A stretch of DNA of 64,000 bases from Octopus sinensis (lineage: Eukaryota): assembly GCF_006345805.1 (NCBI RefSeq), contig NC_042997.1, positions 104,594,001 to 104,658,000 on the forward strand, written 5' to 3'. The notes beneath the pieces were generated by a model. The model was not told the DNA's origin. It made no database searches and saw only the letters and a program-made list of their open reading frames with translations. This document shows, in pieces, positions 27,466 to 41,979 of the stretch. Numbering within the stretch: position 1 is the first letter of the stretch; each line of letters starts with the position of its first letter. The position numbers were made by a program, and so were the translations under genes.

Positions 27466-27677
27466 CGTAAAGTGTACTAGCCATCTGAATGTGGATAGCC
27501 ACTGGGGGTTGGGTGTTACTGACGCTTTTAGCCCCAGGAGATCAACGTTACCAGCTGGCCTTAGACACAATTTCAGTGCCCTTGTGTTATTTGCAAAGGG
27601 AGGTCATCCTCCCTCGAAAACCTAAGTGATACATACGGACTATAGTTTCAAGGTAATTGCCTCTCGTCAACGCGTCT

Positions 27678-27718
<41 letters not shown>

Positions 27719-28293
27719 GTGTGTGGGTGTTTATATGCGCATGTGTAAGTGCGTATGTGTGTGTGTGTGTCTTTTACATTGCTGAATCGTGTCAAAGTTA
27801 CATGTTGTTACTGAAAACAATGCGGTTTATACTGAAACAATTGTTTTATTTAATGAAATACATTACGAAGAAAATTTAATGTCAAATTTATAGAAACTCT
27901 AGGGATGTAAATATAATATTCATAATTTAGAATGTACATTATAATAGGAAAATTCGTGATTAAATTGAATATTTTCATTTGGTTATTCTTGCAATATTGT
28001 TCTTGTTTTCTTTACAATGTAAGTTGCTTATTGAGTTCGAGAAAGTTGACAAATTTTACAACAGCACAACTGTAATTGAGGAAGCTAATTTTTTGCAAAA
28101 CATTGTTATTATTGCAAAGACTTGAATAATTTGAAATAATATTTACCTATCAATCTCAATTTGACTGTTTCAATGTAAATGTGGAAACATTTTAGGAAAA
28201 CGCAATTTCTTCTTCGCCGTCTTTCCTTTATCTTTTCCACAAGCATTAGTTCAGTTTTCTGAGACAAAAAACTGAGCCAGATTTACACTTTCT

Positions 28294-28502
28294 CTCTTTA
28301 CTTGTTTCAGTCATTGACTGTGGCCGTGCTGGAGCCCCACCTTTAGTCGAGCAAATCGACCATTTTTACCTTCTGAGTTCATGTTACGCCGAGGTCGAAT
28401 TTACCTTTCATCCTTTCGGGGTTGATAAATTAATTACCTGTTGAACACTGGGGGTCAATGTAAACGGCTTAAACTCTCCCCCAAAACAGCTGGCCTTTGG
28501 TG
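28294..28502. mobile_element. SINE A 3' tip (-) joined to a SINE C fragment (+)
   Basis: 28294-28361 A tail; 28373-28502 gccgaggtcgaatttacctttcatcctttcggggttgataaa matches 41050-41282. Confidence 0.75.
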
Positions 28503-28850
28503 AAGTGTGGTTGGTTCTATAAAGAATAAGTGCTACCAGCTTGAGAGTAATACTAATCTTGGAGCATATCAATGCTAAATATATATACATATTCTATATT
28601 GTTTCCGAAATACATTGCCCAGTTTTTATTTCAGGCTCTCTTTAGGGATGCCATCAGCAAAACTTGCAGGCCTTTGTTTATATGCGTCACTCTTTTAACA
28701 ATATTCTTTGTGGTTATTTAACTAACAGCCTGTCGTGAAATTAAAGTTCAAATGGCTGAGTACTCCGCGTAGTCTTAAAATAGTTCCCAGAAGAATTCAG
28801 CATGGCAAGGCTGGCTCTTTGAAATACAGGTACTACTAATTTTTATTATC

Positions 28851-28977
28851 TCAGTGGATTGGAGCAACGTGAAATAAAGTGTCTTGCTGAAGGATATAAC
28901 GCGCCCAGCGGGAATTGAACTCGCAACCTTAAGATCACAGGCCGTATACCCCTAACCACCAAGCCATGTGCATTCAC
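28851..28977 (-). mobile_element. tRNA-headed SINE (family D)
   Basis: Minus: TGGCTTGGTGGTTAGGG (box A), GAGTTCAATTCCC (box B), then tccttcagcaagacactttatttcacgttgctcc. Confidence 0.75.
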
Positions 28978-29287
28978 TTGCGGTCATTTTAAGTTGAGTT
29001 GATGGAATCTCCGTGTTCTCATTTGTATTCTCAGCTTTTTATTGTTCCTCGAATATTTATCAGCTCTTGGTTAAATTTTCATTATGTGGTACGCGCAAAT
29101 GAACCATATCCTCCTCTATGCCTTTATCAAATACTACATTTGTAGAGGAACACTTGTCACAACATCTCAGTTTGATGCAGACTCTGCACTATTTCGATTT
29201 TTAAAATATTTTAAAATTTATCTCAGCTACACTGTAGCATCTAGGCATTTAGCATTGCGAGTTGTAGGGATAAAGTTACAGACTATA

Positions 29288-29869
29288 TATCGAAGGCAGT
29301 GGTCATACTCTATAATTCATGTAAGTTCGAATTCATTCTACATTTCAGAGTATTTGGGTGCCAATCTAAGGACAGTGCAATCTGAGAACATGTGTGAGAG
29401 TGATAAAAATGAAGCATCCAGTCAAGATCATGGTGTTTAGTGTGATCACTAGTCATGGCGACGTTATGCCTCCATTCATCTTTCCAGACGGCGTCAGACT
29501 CAATACAGCGGTCTTCATCAAGTCCATGGCGGAGGTAGTGCTGCCTTCGGTCAAGTGGATGGCTACTAGAAGACCATATCTGACAACGGGATTCTTCACC
29601 ATGCCACACAAGCACGAGAACCCATCCATGGCTGTCAGACGATTCCTGCTCCCACATCACCCCTAACATCTGGCCATCTAACTCCTCAGACTACAACCCC
29701 TTTGATTATTATGGTTGGAGCGCAGTTGAGCAAGTGACCAACAAAACTCTTTGTAACACCAAAGATGAACTGATGGCAAGAATTATGGCAGTAATCTCCA
29801 GAAAAGTTGTAGGAGATTCCGAAGTTGTCTAGAGGACATGGTTGAAGATAATGCTGTTTTATTGAATAA
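29288..29869 (+). pseudogene. Tc1/mariner DD37D (maT) transposase, internally deleted
   Basis: N-terminal ISEYLGANLRTVQ jumps to MKHPVKIMVFSVITSHGDVMPPFIFP; QRD..WPSNSSDYNPFD with exactly 37 residues between the two Asp (counted); one frameshift. Confidence 0.9.
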
Positions 29870-30911
29870 ATTTTCTCTTTGGTATTTCAAGATATATTTA
29901 TGTAATTTTGGTATCTGTTAAAATGAGATGGACGGGAGAGTAGACGGGAAAGTAAACTGAATAAAGCTGTATACATATATTCATGGGCATAGAAGTGTTA
30001 ATATGAACTTATGTACTTCTTTCTCACTCTCAATTTCTTTGTTAATACACATACATATACATACACTGTACGTATATAACATGCCTGCATACATTACATA
30101 CACACGTGTATATTTATGATAGACAATATGTATATATATACATATACAGATGCGTTTTTAATTTTGTTTAACTACTAGATTTATGAAATTGTCATAACAT
30201 GTAGCTGCTTCGGTCACTTCAACAGAAACAACAGGAAAAAAATCTTGGCAATTTTAATCTTAAATTTCTTTGCATAAATTTTTAATAACGTCCATATTAC
30301 TGGTACTTATTCTTTCAAATCTGTTGGCCAGAACTTTTTAAACGATCTCTGAACATGACAGAAATACCAACTAAATTTCCATAAAATCACACATTATTAT
30401 AAGGTGGATGACATTGGTCAATATTTTTCCTGATACATCACAATCGCAAGATGTTCACTGCTAGAGTGTTCTGTTCAGTCAAGACTGCCTTCAGTCTAAA
30501 TAACAATAACAATAAATTACAATAGAATTAAAGGAGGAGAACATTAAAATTAATCTAAACAATAGTCGTGACATTAGCTACACCAGATTATGAATATGTT
30601 ATGTTGAAGAATATTTCATTGTACATACAACTAAGAAGTCGGCTGTTGGCCTTTTCCCTGTAACTGATGTCCAGATACCTAAGACTCAAAGCCATATTTG
30701 AGCAATATCAAACAGGGCGGTATCGAATTCATACCTTGTGATATGGATTTTAAACTGAATTCAATTCTTCCCGTAAAAAATCTTACAGAGTGCACTGGAT
30801 TTGACTTGTCTCGCAACTGCTTACACGAGAGCACTCAATGGAATTATACCGTGAAAGGAAATTATGGAGATGACATCAGCAGCAGCAGCAACAATTGTAG
30901 TAGTATTAGTC

Positions 30912-30979
<68 letters not shown>

Positions 30980-30995
30980 TGTTGTTGTTGTTGTT
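30912..30995. repeat. (TAG)n(TTG)n microsatellite
   Basis: Direct reading. Confidence 0.95.
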
Positions 30996-32261
30996 AGTGA
31001 ACATCGATTATTTTTAGTTTCATCAATTCTACATTTCTAACGTTAAATCTAGTCGAGTCAACTTTGTTTTTGCATATATCAGAGATCAGGAAATTAGTAA
31101 TAGCCAATTCAAAAGATTTGATCTCACCCTGACCAAAAAAAAAAAAAAGAAAGAAAATGAAAAGTAAATGAAAATGTCTTTTTCACTAGTTAAAAAAAAA
31201 TCAATAATTTACAAGTTGCAACAGCAAATACAAGAGCTGATGAAGAAAAAAAATCGCTAAAAACAATGAAGAAGCAATAACAAAAAGAAAGAAAAAACTT
31301 TAATGACAAACCCGGTCAATTTTGCCCTATATGCATGGTCATGATAACAGGCATATTGTCATTCAAATGTAATCGACTGCAAAAATTGAGAGACGTCCAT
31401 TTTGTTTTCAAAAGTCGTATCGATTATTATGACATTGAATAAATATAGGTAATCTAAAATCCCATAACTGCCCGAAGGAAATATCTAAATGTAAAAAAAA
31501 TAATCCATATATATAGTAAAATAGCAGCACTTTCTTTCTGCAGATGATGATGCTAAAAGCAAAAATACTTTCTTAATGAATACCCACGCATGTCAGTGAG
31601 GTGGATAGCTGAATCAGGAGATTGTGGTATTTAGTTACGTCCCTTTCTCTTTTGAATGCGAATAACGATGCTGTTGATTTTGTCTTTTATTCCTTTCAAT
31701 GTCAACGAGTATTTTCTAGATACCTGAAAAACCATAGTATCAAATTAATAAGAGGCATCGCTAAGCATATGCATGCGCGCGCGCGCGCGTGTGTGTGTGC
31801 GTGTGTAGGTGGTCAGAATTCCTGTGACAAGTGTTATTTTCTATGTTGTAGAAAACAAAACAGCCTGGAATTTCGCTGTAAACAGCTTGTTCACAAATGC
31901 CTGCATGTGAGAGTGTGCATGTGCCTGCGTTCCTCGTCTATGAAATGAATTAATAAAGTCATACAGCCTTAAGTTCATGCTAAATATTGAGTTTCCAGTG
32001 CTCAGGGGTACGACCTCTTGGTGCAACACTGACATAGCACTGGTATCACCACAAGTAAGAACTCCAACTGATAAGGGCGTCAAACGGAGATACCATCTTT
32101 CCAAATTTCCTCGCTGCATGTATGGAAATGGCCATTAAAGCTATTTGTTAGACTTGTTGCGTAAATGTATGTATGTATGTATGTATGTATGTATGTATGT
32201 ATGTATGTATGTATGTATGTATGTTTGTATGTATTTATGTCCGGCATTCGCCATGATAGAC

Positions 32262-32428
32262 CGCTAGCCACTTCACATTCTTTATTTTCTCTCCTTGTTT
32301 CTTTCTGTGTTCCTTTCTGTGGAAGAGTATAGGATCGAAACATTAAAGCATTTTTCACTCCCCGAGTGTTTTGTTGTCTACACCACCTGTCTTCGTCTTT
32401 TGTTTTATTTTTTTTTAATTCTCCCCCT
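32262..32428 (+). mobile_element. PLE-type module family F with HHR-like motif (core CTGTGGA)
   Basis: CTTT-CTGTGGA-A-GAGtataggATC-GAAA-CAT-T-AAAG; tail ends at TA-rich tract. Confidence 0.75.
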
Positions 32429-33926
32429 ATGTATATATGTATGGAAGGATGGATATAGCGAGACAAAGAGAAGGTAGAGAGAGCTTTGAGAAAAGAAAAC
32501 TCCCTTACGTTACAGATAATACAAAATGTAGCACGAGTAGATGAGCAAAAAGCCGAGCCCTTCATTAGCAAGCAATCGGAATATTTGCAATATAGGAGAC
32601 GAAATCGTAGTGATATTCTGTTCGCAGCGCAGTGCTATTTGAACTATAGTTTTGTTTTATTCTTATTAACTTCCTTGGTTATTGGTGTTACATGTTGCTT
32701 ACAAATATACCCACGCACACGCGTGTGTGTGTGTATGTTAAATTAATAGGTTGAATAATTAAGTTTCATCTTGTAATATTTGACAGTAATAAGATAAGAG
32801 AAAAGAATAGCATATCCATTACATACATGTGTTTTAAATACATGGGGTAAGTGTGTAATTTAGTTGGTTTAACCGGAAAATTCAAAAGAATAGAATGAAG
32901 AATTAATACATAGTAGATATATTTTGAAAAAAGAAATAACATTTAGTTAGGCTTCAGGCTAATTTCAATGTAAGGGAACGAAAGGAGGGAAAACTAATGG
33001 AGGAAATTTAAATTATGTCTATACAGAACCATAATTTAAAGGGAATTGCTTAATATGCACGTGCAGCTGTATTTGTGGGGAAATGTGTATGATAGCATAT
33101 GTAAATGGAAAGTTATTATATGCGAAATGCTATTGAATTTCAATGGAAAATGCTTGTAGATTTTGTTGTGGACAAGAATGTAGATAAATTTGATGTAATA
33201 AAATTGAAAGTTCTTTTATTAAGTCTATAGCTTTTTCATTATCAACAATTCAAATGCGCAAGCAGTAAATACACATTTAATTAAATTACAAAAATGAATG
33301 CACAATATCTCACACACGCGCACACGCACGTATACCCCTCCACACACACACACACACTCACACATACATACACGCGCGCACGAAACCCTCACGCACTCAC
33401 ATTCACACGCACACGTATGGACTTTATATGTATAGGAGCTTATGAAATTATTTCAAAACTTACGATAGTAAGTGGATATAAATTTAGAAGTATAAAAGTA
33501 TGTATGTATGCATGTATGTATGTATAAATGAATGAATAAGTGAATGAAGGAATGAAGGAATAGATGAATGAATGAAACAAATCAATAGACAAACGGAATG
33601 AAATTTGTGTATACACAGGGAGCTAGAATTAGAAATAATTAGATCAGTGTAACTAATTGAAGAATATGTTAAGAAAATTGAAATAGCTTTGTATTTAGCG
33701 GTTTCCATTGTTCTTTCATGTAGTGTTTTAATATACGAGTCCTTCCTGCTTTTTTCTCTGTTTGCTGTTAAAGAAAGTGAAGATCATTCCCCACGCTCAC
33801 ACCCATTGATAAACTATTATTCGTCTACACGTAATCCACCTCGTTCTTCCTTCTTATGGGGCCGCATATTGCCCATCTCCTGTTTTCTAAAACAGCATTT
33901 TATCTTACTCATTCCTTCTAAGCTTT

Positions 33927-33962
33927 TCTTCTGATGAAGGATTAACAACCGAAACGCTAAGA
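33927..33962 (+). ncRNA. Minimal HHR-like motif, U16.1 mutated
   Basis: TCTT-CTGATGA-A-GG attaacaa CC-GAAA-CGC-T-AAGA; stem I 4 bp; ACGC in place of ACGT. Confidence 0.45.
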
Positions 33963-34125
33963 CTCTTTCCTTTTCTTACATACACGCATAGATGGTACAC
34001 GCATTCATACGTACATGCATACATACATACATACATACATACATACATACATACATACATACATACACGCATACACGCATGCATGCATGCATACATACAT
34101 ACATACATACATGCATACATACATA

Positions 34126-34230
34126 CAAAAATACCCTGTTGTTGATGTTGAAATTCCACCGAAGAAGCCTTGGATCTAAATTTGAAACCGGTTCTTTCTT
34201 GACAAGAACTTGAAACAAAACTGAATCCCA
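34126..34230 (-). mobile_element. Family E copy embedded in (CATA)n
   Basis: Reverse complement of 20211-20312. Confidence 0.7.
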
Positions 34231-34301
34231 TACATACATACATACATACATACATACATACATACATACATACATACATACATACATACATACATACTTA
34301 C

Positions 34302-34358
<57 letters not shown>

Positions 34359-35049
34359 CATACATACATACATACATGCAGTCATACGTACAGGCATAAA
34401 TACATATATGCATGCATACATACATAAATAAATACATACATACACACATATCCTTCTCGACCGCATCCTCGTTATAATCCACGCTATCTTTGTTTTCATT
34501 AGCAACACCGTTTCTTATCATTACCGCCAACAAAAGCAGCAGTACTGTCATCATCATCATCCTCATCATCAGCAGCAGCAGCACCAGCAGTCAAAATAAC
34601 AATAGTTGCAGCAGCAACAAGATGAACACAAAAGAGTAGTAGTGTTAAGGAGAATCTACGATAATTTCCGAAAATCTAACGAAAATATGAAAAAAAAACA
34701 AAAAAAAAAACGAACGAATAACAACAACGCGAACACTAACAACAAAAGCGATAAATATACAAGAGACATCTTACTTCTCAGGTGTAATTTGTACACATGC
34801 CATTTCATAGATGGTTTACTCTGCGTGTTAGGTTGAGGTAATATCGAATTTTCTAGAGAAACACAAAGAAGCTCGGTAGCAAATGATGTTTATTGCAAAA
34901 GTTGATAAGAATAATTCCTAATCCCATTATCTCTCTTCGACAACGAATGCTATTTACTTGAGAGTAAAGAGATTATAGGATGTAGGTAGATGTCTTGTGC
35001 GGAGTATGGGTGGTATGGGTGGTTGGTTGGGTGGGTGGGTGGGGGGGGG

Positions 35050-36400
35050 TTTGAATGTAGCGTCGGAGGGATGGAATGGTGAGAGGGGGGAGAGTAGGGA
35101 TGACGGAGAGGAAGAGTGTGAGGAAGGGAGAAGAGAAAGAGATGATGAGGAGAGAGAGGCAAAGAGAAGGGAGAGAGGGATGAGAGATGAGAGAGAGGGA
35201 GGAAGGAGGAGAGAAAAGAAGAGAAGAGGAGACGGTGAGAGAGAGAAAGAGAGGGAGAAAGATTGAGAGAAAGGAAAAGAAAGGGAGAAGGTGTATGTGA
35301 GAGAGAGAGAGGGAGAGAGAGAGGTACCTTATGCCGATGAAGATTGACAGTATGAAAGTTAAGTGCGGAATGAGGGCCGATTTAACAAAACCAGAGGAGC
35401 ACACTCTCGGTGTTGATCAGCATGACATTGATGATGATGATGATGATAAGAAAGAGGAGGAGCGGGAGGAGCAGGAGCGAAAGGAGATGGAAGGAATGTT
35501 GATGATGCTGATGCTGACGCTCATGATGTCGACGATGACGATGATAATAATGGTCATGATAACGGTCATGATGACGTCGACGAAGGCGAAAATGATGACG
35601 ACAGCGATGGTGAAGGTGATGATAGTGATGACGACGACGACGACGATGAGGATGATGATGATGATGATGAGGAGGAGGAGGAGGTTGAAGAAGATAATGA
35701 AGGGGAGGATGAAGAGGAGGTAAAAGAGGAGGAAGAATAAGAAAAGTTAAAAGAGGAGGTGAAAGAAGAGAAAGAGGAATGAGAGGAGGAGGAAAGGGAA
35801 TACGCGTAATAGTAGGAAGAATAGGAAGAGAAAGGGGATTAGGAGAAAATTAAGGGTGAAAGAGGAGGAGGAGGAAGAAGAAGAGGAAGAAAATTAAAGG
35901 TAAAAGAGGAGGAAGACGAGGTGGAAGAGGAGGAAAAATGAGGAGGTAAACGAGGAGGAAGACGAGGAAGAGAAAGAAGAGGAAATGAAAGAGGGGAGGT
36001 GGAAGAGGAGGAAGACGAGGAAGAGAAAGAAGAGGAAATGAAAGAGGGGAGGTGAAAGAGGAGGAAGTGGAGGAGGAGGAAGAAGAAGGGGAGGACGTGG
36101 TGGAAAAGAAGAAGAAGAAGAAGAAGAAGAAGAAAAATTTGGTGTTCTTATTTCATTTGAACTTATCGTGTTCGTCGATTTGAATATAATAAAAGCGAAG
36201 TAAATAATACAACTATATACCAATGATGAATGTTAAACAATAATAGTGAAGTAAGAAGACGAACAGTGGAATATTAATAATAAAGGCAGTAGTAACAGTA
36301 GGAAGAGGGGAGGGGACGGAAAAGGAAGAATAAGCAAAAGAGGAGTGAAAAAGGTGGAAGGGGACGAGGAGGAGAGAAAAAGAAAAAAGAAGTGATATTG
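35050..36400 (+). repeat. Purine-rich low-complexity tract (GA/GGA/GAA/GAT) with a ~54-bp tandem duplication near 35945-36065
   Basis: Direct reading; the overlapping ORFs are compositional. Confidence 0.9.
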
Positions 36401-36684
36401 TGGTATTGTACTTATGTTTGGCGTTGCCCTTGTTGTTGGGATGCTAGTGGTCTTTGGTGGGGTAATGGTGGTATATGGAGCTGATTGAAGTGGTGATGGC
36501 AGAAGTAATCGAGATGATGAGGGGGAGTAGGAGGAGGAAGTGGACATTTCAGTTAATAAAAAATTCTGTTTCAATTGATTGGATAAATAGTACAGAGCAG
36601 AATGCGGGAAGTGTATACTAACTGTTGCCGCAAGGTTGTTAAGAGAGAGAGAGGGGGGGGGGGGGGGCGGGGGGAGAGAAATGC

Positions 36685-37325
36685 TTAAGACCACAAATCT
36701 AGTTTTGTTTGCAGGCCCAAATGTCAACTGATCAAACCTACGAAGTCTGAGATTGCGTTAGTGAAGCAATCAGGAAGGCTAACAACGACATTAGGAGAAC
36801 ATTTGGCTTCTCTCTCTGCTGTAACACCAATGAGGTTTAAAATCAACAGCAACGGAGGCAAAGTAAAGTTCACCCAATTCGATATAGTGGATTTTCATTC
36901 ATCTACATCGAGAGATTTGTGCAACAGAGCACTTACTAAAAATTTCCACTCATCTAGCATTCAGCCGTATAGGGAAGATGTTTTGGAACTATACGGACGG
37001 GATTGCAGTCACACTTTTGATCGATATAGGAAGGAGCTAACCCATGCCATTAATTCCCATGGGCTGAAATTCGCAATAAAAACCAATTTGAAAGTGATTG
37101 ATTTCCTGGATTTTACATTTAACCTAGATACTAATACATATAATTTTTTTCGAAAACCCAATGAGTATTTGATAAATATTGATATAGCTTCCTGCCATCC
37201 AGGAAACGTAGTTGAGAAGGTTAGCTGGAGAATTTCCGAGCTATCATCAGGAAATATTCTACACCGCGACTCCGCACTAAAATAGGGTCCTGGTCGCCAG
37301 TGGTTTCAAAGATAAGATGAGTTCG
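36685..37325 (+). pseudogene. Penelope-like reverse transcriptase remnant, internally deleted
   Basis: ORF 36761-37285: FTQFDIVDFHSS (FDIxxFYPS), decayed LYRDD, GLKFAIKTNLKVIDFLDFTFNLDT, RKPN, RISELSS; upstream LIKPTKSEI, downstream LVASGF. Confidence 0.85.
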
Positions 37326-37529
37326 ACGCTAACCTCACCAAAGAAAATACTACCCTAAACGCTGCATTATGTCACCGTTTTCCCTAAACTAAACACGTGC
37401 AGGTAGGATCTTCCATAGTTTAGTCGGGAAATATTTCCTTCAAACACATAAACGCAAGAAAATCTCCTGCAGACTTACTTCGAAGGTCTCTTTCAGTTGT
37501 GCACTTGTCATAAATAAAATATGAATGAG

Positions 37530-37760
37530 TGCATCCAATCTCAAAATAGAGGCAGCAACTCTCTTGCTAGGGATTGATCGTCGTCTTTAGCAGCTTTACT
37601 TAAGCCTAAAGCCCTGTCCGAAGAAATGAGACACGCCCAAGGAATATCACAGTTGTGGGGAACTTGGTTTTCATGATGTTCATGTCTAGTCTCACAGGAT
37701 TTACAGTGCTCATACCTGTCACGATGTCGGCATTTTGAATCCAGTCGCGAATCATCATGA
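37530..37760 (-). pseudogene. maT/DD37D-type transposase fragment
   Basis: MKTKFPTTVIFLGRVS resembles the MKTKxPxxVMVxGVxS segment seen at 29394. Confidence 0.5.
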
Positions 37761-37896
37761 CACAACTAACTCTTTTTTCAATATTCTTTATGCTTTCCAA
37801 TGCCGTTGTTGACTATTTACCAATATATCAAGCGGTTCCTGGAAAAATGAGACATAAACATTCGTCAAATTTAGCTCGAACACCCTTTCTTTTTAT

Positions 37897-38744
<848 letters not shown>

Positions 38745-40236
38745 ATTTATATTTGTGCACAGAGTACAGTATGATTTAAGAGAGATTTGGCAGATATTTC
38801 TAGCACAACGAGCGACTGTATAAATGCTTTTCCATTACAGTTGCTGCTCTTGATGGTGATGATGATGATTATGATGATAATGTTGTTGTTGTTGGTGGTG
38901 GCGGCGGCAGTGATGGTGGTGGTGGTGGTGATGGAGAGAAGAGGAATAGAAGCAGGTTCCGACGGTGGTGATTATGGTGTTATTGTTTTGTTTTGTTTGT
39001 TTCCATCAATTTTAATCATGGAAGAAAGTAATCCATCATTTAGCCGATGCTAAGCTTTCTTGCCCTGCTAATTAACCAGTTAGCTCGCCACATATCACCA
39101 ACGCTTTGCGGACAAACCAAACAACGTCAATTGTTAACTTAATTTTGTTGTATATCTGCCTTTATATCATATTTGATAGAGGACTTGTAATAGATAAAGG
39201 GTATTGAATATACCAGTGAAACATACTTATTCTGTCGAATTTGTAAATACCCACATCACAATTCTATTTTCCTGGGTTTTCTTTCTTTTTTTTTGGGGGG
39301 GGGGAGTCATTTTTGTTGTTTCTTTTCGTTTACGAAGTCTCTCACTTCTGAAACACGAAAAGAAATAAATACACACAAAAGAAAGAGGAATGACAAAGAA
39401 AAGAAAAAATGAGGAGGAAGAAGAGGAGAAAGAAGTTAAGAAGTAAAAGAAGATAAAGAGGGGAAGAAAGAGGAAGAAGAGGAGGATGAATACGAAAGCG
39501 GAGCAGGAGGGGCGGAGAAAAAGAAAGCAAAGAATGAGGATGTGGAGGAGAAGAAAAACCTCGAGGAAAGAAACGGAGAAGAGAGGAAAAAAATGAAGAA
39601 ACGAACGACAGAAAGACAGAAAGGCTGAAAGACGTTCGCCCTTAGTCCTGACTCTACCAGCTGGCTAGAGCCCTTTAAAACCCTATCTGTACATTTTGTG
39701 ATTGATGACTTGTTTTATAGAAATTATAATTAAATGAATAAACGAAACGCGGTGGCCCCGATTACAATGCGACTGCGTGAAACGTTTAGATATACATACA
39801 TTTACTATAGTTTGGTAGTGTTGTTAGTATTTTTTTTTTGTTTAGAGGAGGGCTCTTTCTTATTTATTATATTTATTTATTTGTATTTATATATTTATAT
39901 AGATGGCGGATTATTATTTTTTTTCACAGTTTGGCCTATTCTTGGGGTTGTTGTTGCTGCTTTAGTCTTTTATTTCTTTTAGCAACCAAACGACGAAGGT
40001 TAAAGAAGGCATGATGTCGTTGTATCGCACGCTTCACTAAGCACGGTTAGCTGTCACAAATTCTGAAAGAAATAATAATAAAAAAAAAAGAACAGAAAAG
40101 AGAAAAAGAAAGACGCGTTTGCAAAAGCTAAAAGACCACCATCGGACCACCAGCGACGTGATGCTTCTGACTGCGATTGTACAAATATCTACGTACACAA
40201 CATGTGCGAGAGTGTATTTATGCTCGTGTGTGAGTG

Positions 40237-40281
<45 letters not shown>

Positions 40282-40299
40282 ATATATATATTATATATA

Positions 40300-40350
<51 letters not shown>

Positions 40351-40403
40351 TCATATATATGCTTATAAAATGTCAATTTATAAGTAAGTATATATATATG
40401 TAT

Positions 40404-40580
40404 GGCGATTTTTTCCTCTGTCTTCCTTCTCTGGATCTTTCCTTCTCCTGTGTTTCCGACGAAGAGCTCCGCTCGAAACGTTAAACCCTCCTCCCTTCCT
40501 TCTTTCCTGGGCGTCCAATAATACTATATTTGTTCCACGTCCTCACTTTGTGTTTTTTTGTGCTTTCTTGTTTGGATTAA

Positions 40581-40582
<2 letters not shown>
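40404..40582 (+). mobile_element. PLE-type module with HHR-like motif (core CCGACGA), ends at (TA)n
   Basis: 40452-40486: GTTT-CCGACGA-A-GAG ctccg CTC-GAAA-CGT-T-AAAC. Confidence 0.65.
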
Positions 40583-40669
<87 letters not shown>

Positions 40670-41049
40670 CATATATGAATAAGCATATACGCACACATTC
40701 ATAAACACACATACACACACCACATACGTAACAAGAAAGTAATAAGCAAAGAAACAAAATATGAAATATAAGGTACACAAAACGCCGATAACAGAGCAAA
40801 AAAGAGAAGAAATCAACAATTTAAAGAATTGAACAATTACAAATATATCAGAAATTATATCACTATAATATTGTCAAAATGCAGACATGCGAAAGGCACA
40901 TATGTGTATACAGGAACATATAAACGCACAGAAACTTATGCACGTAATATACACGTACGTACGTACATATATATTAATAGTTGTACGTAAAGAAACTCAA
41001 TTTAAAAATTTGTTAAAAGGACGGTTATGTTACGAGGTTATGTTATGAA

Positions 41050-41282
41050 GGCGGTGAGCTGGCAGAAACGTTAGCACGCCGGGCGAAATGCTTAGCGGTA
41101 TTTCGTCTGCGTTACGGTGTGAGTTCAAATTCCGCCGAGGTCGACTTTGCCTTTCATCCTTTCGGGGTCGATAAATTAAGTACCAGTTACGCACTGGGGT
41201 CGATGTAATCGACTTAATACCTATGTCTGTCCTTGTTTGTCCCCTCTGTGTTTAGCCCCTTGTGGGTAATAAAGAAATAGGC
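41050..41282 (+). mobile_element. SINE family C, full-length with probable TSD
   Basis: GGCGGTGAGCTGGCAGAA head, GAGTTCAAATTCC box B, GTCGACTTTGCCTTTCATCCTTTCGGGGTCGATAAA central domain (Meta-SINE-like, from memory); flanks ggttatgttatgaag (41036-41050) and ggctatgttacgagg (41280-41294). Confidence 0.9.
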
Positions 41283-41935
41283 TATGTTACGAGGATAATA
41301 TGAGGGACAGTTGACGGCATTTTATTTGCTATATAGTGATGAAACATTACTGGGACATACTGAATACCTGATGAGCATCGCCGGATCTTCTCAATTTGAC
41401 TGCAACTGTGAAAAATTTTAAAGTTCAGTGAAAATTTTAAAATTTCGTGTATTGATATAATTTTCTACGCTGAATCTCAGGAGACAATAAAACTTTTCCA
41501 AGAAAATGTTTTAAAACAAGTTACAAAGGTTTATTTTTGCCCAGTCAGGAAAGAAGATTTGGGAACTGTCATTTTGCGCGTGACATCACGTGTTGTCAAC
41601 TGTAAACAAATGAAATAGTGACGAAAATTTGCTTTATGCCCCATATATAACTCCTCATAACTATCTTGATTTTTGGAATTTTCAGAAAATACTTGCGAAT
41701 TTTTACAAACTTTAAAAGCTACTAGCTATTATTTATTGATTGATTTATGGCCGAAAATAAATTTCATGTCAACGATTACTTTACAAAACTTTACAAAAGG
41801 ATTACTTTACAAAACTACACCAATACGCCAAATATGAAATCAACTGGAATAAAAATTGAAGAAATTAAAAAGTGGCAGCCAAACAGAAAAGCATAAAAAT
41901 GACAATCATCTAAAGGTACATTCCAAATATGCATT

Positions 41936-41976
<41 letters not shown>

Positions 41977-41979
<3 letters not shown>

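Noticed and set aside
35331-35723. 130-aa acidic/Met-rich ORF
   Set aside because: Built from (GAT/GAC/GAG)n low-complexity sequence with no domain features.
41380-41810. Possible non-autonomous DNA transposon
   Set aside because: Sequence texture is suggestive, but I could not find TIRs, a TSD or a second copy.
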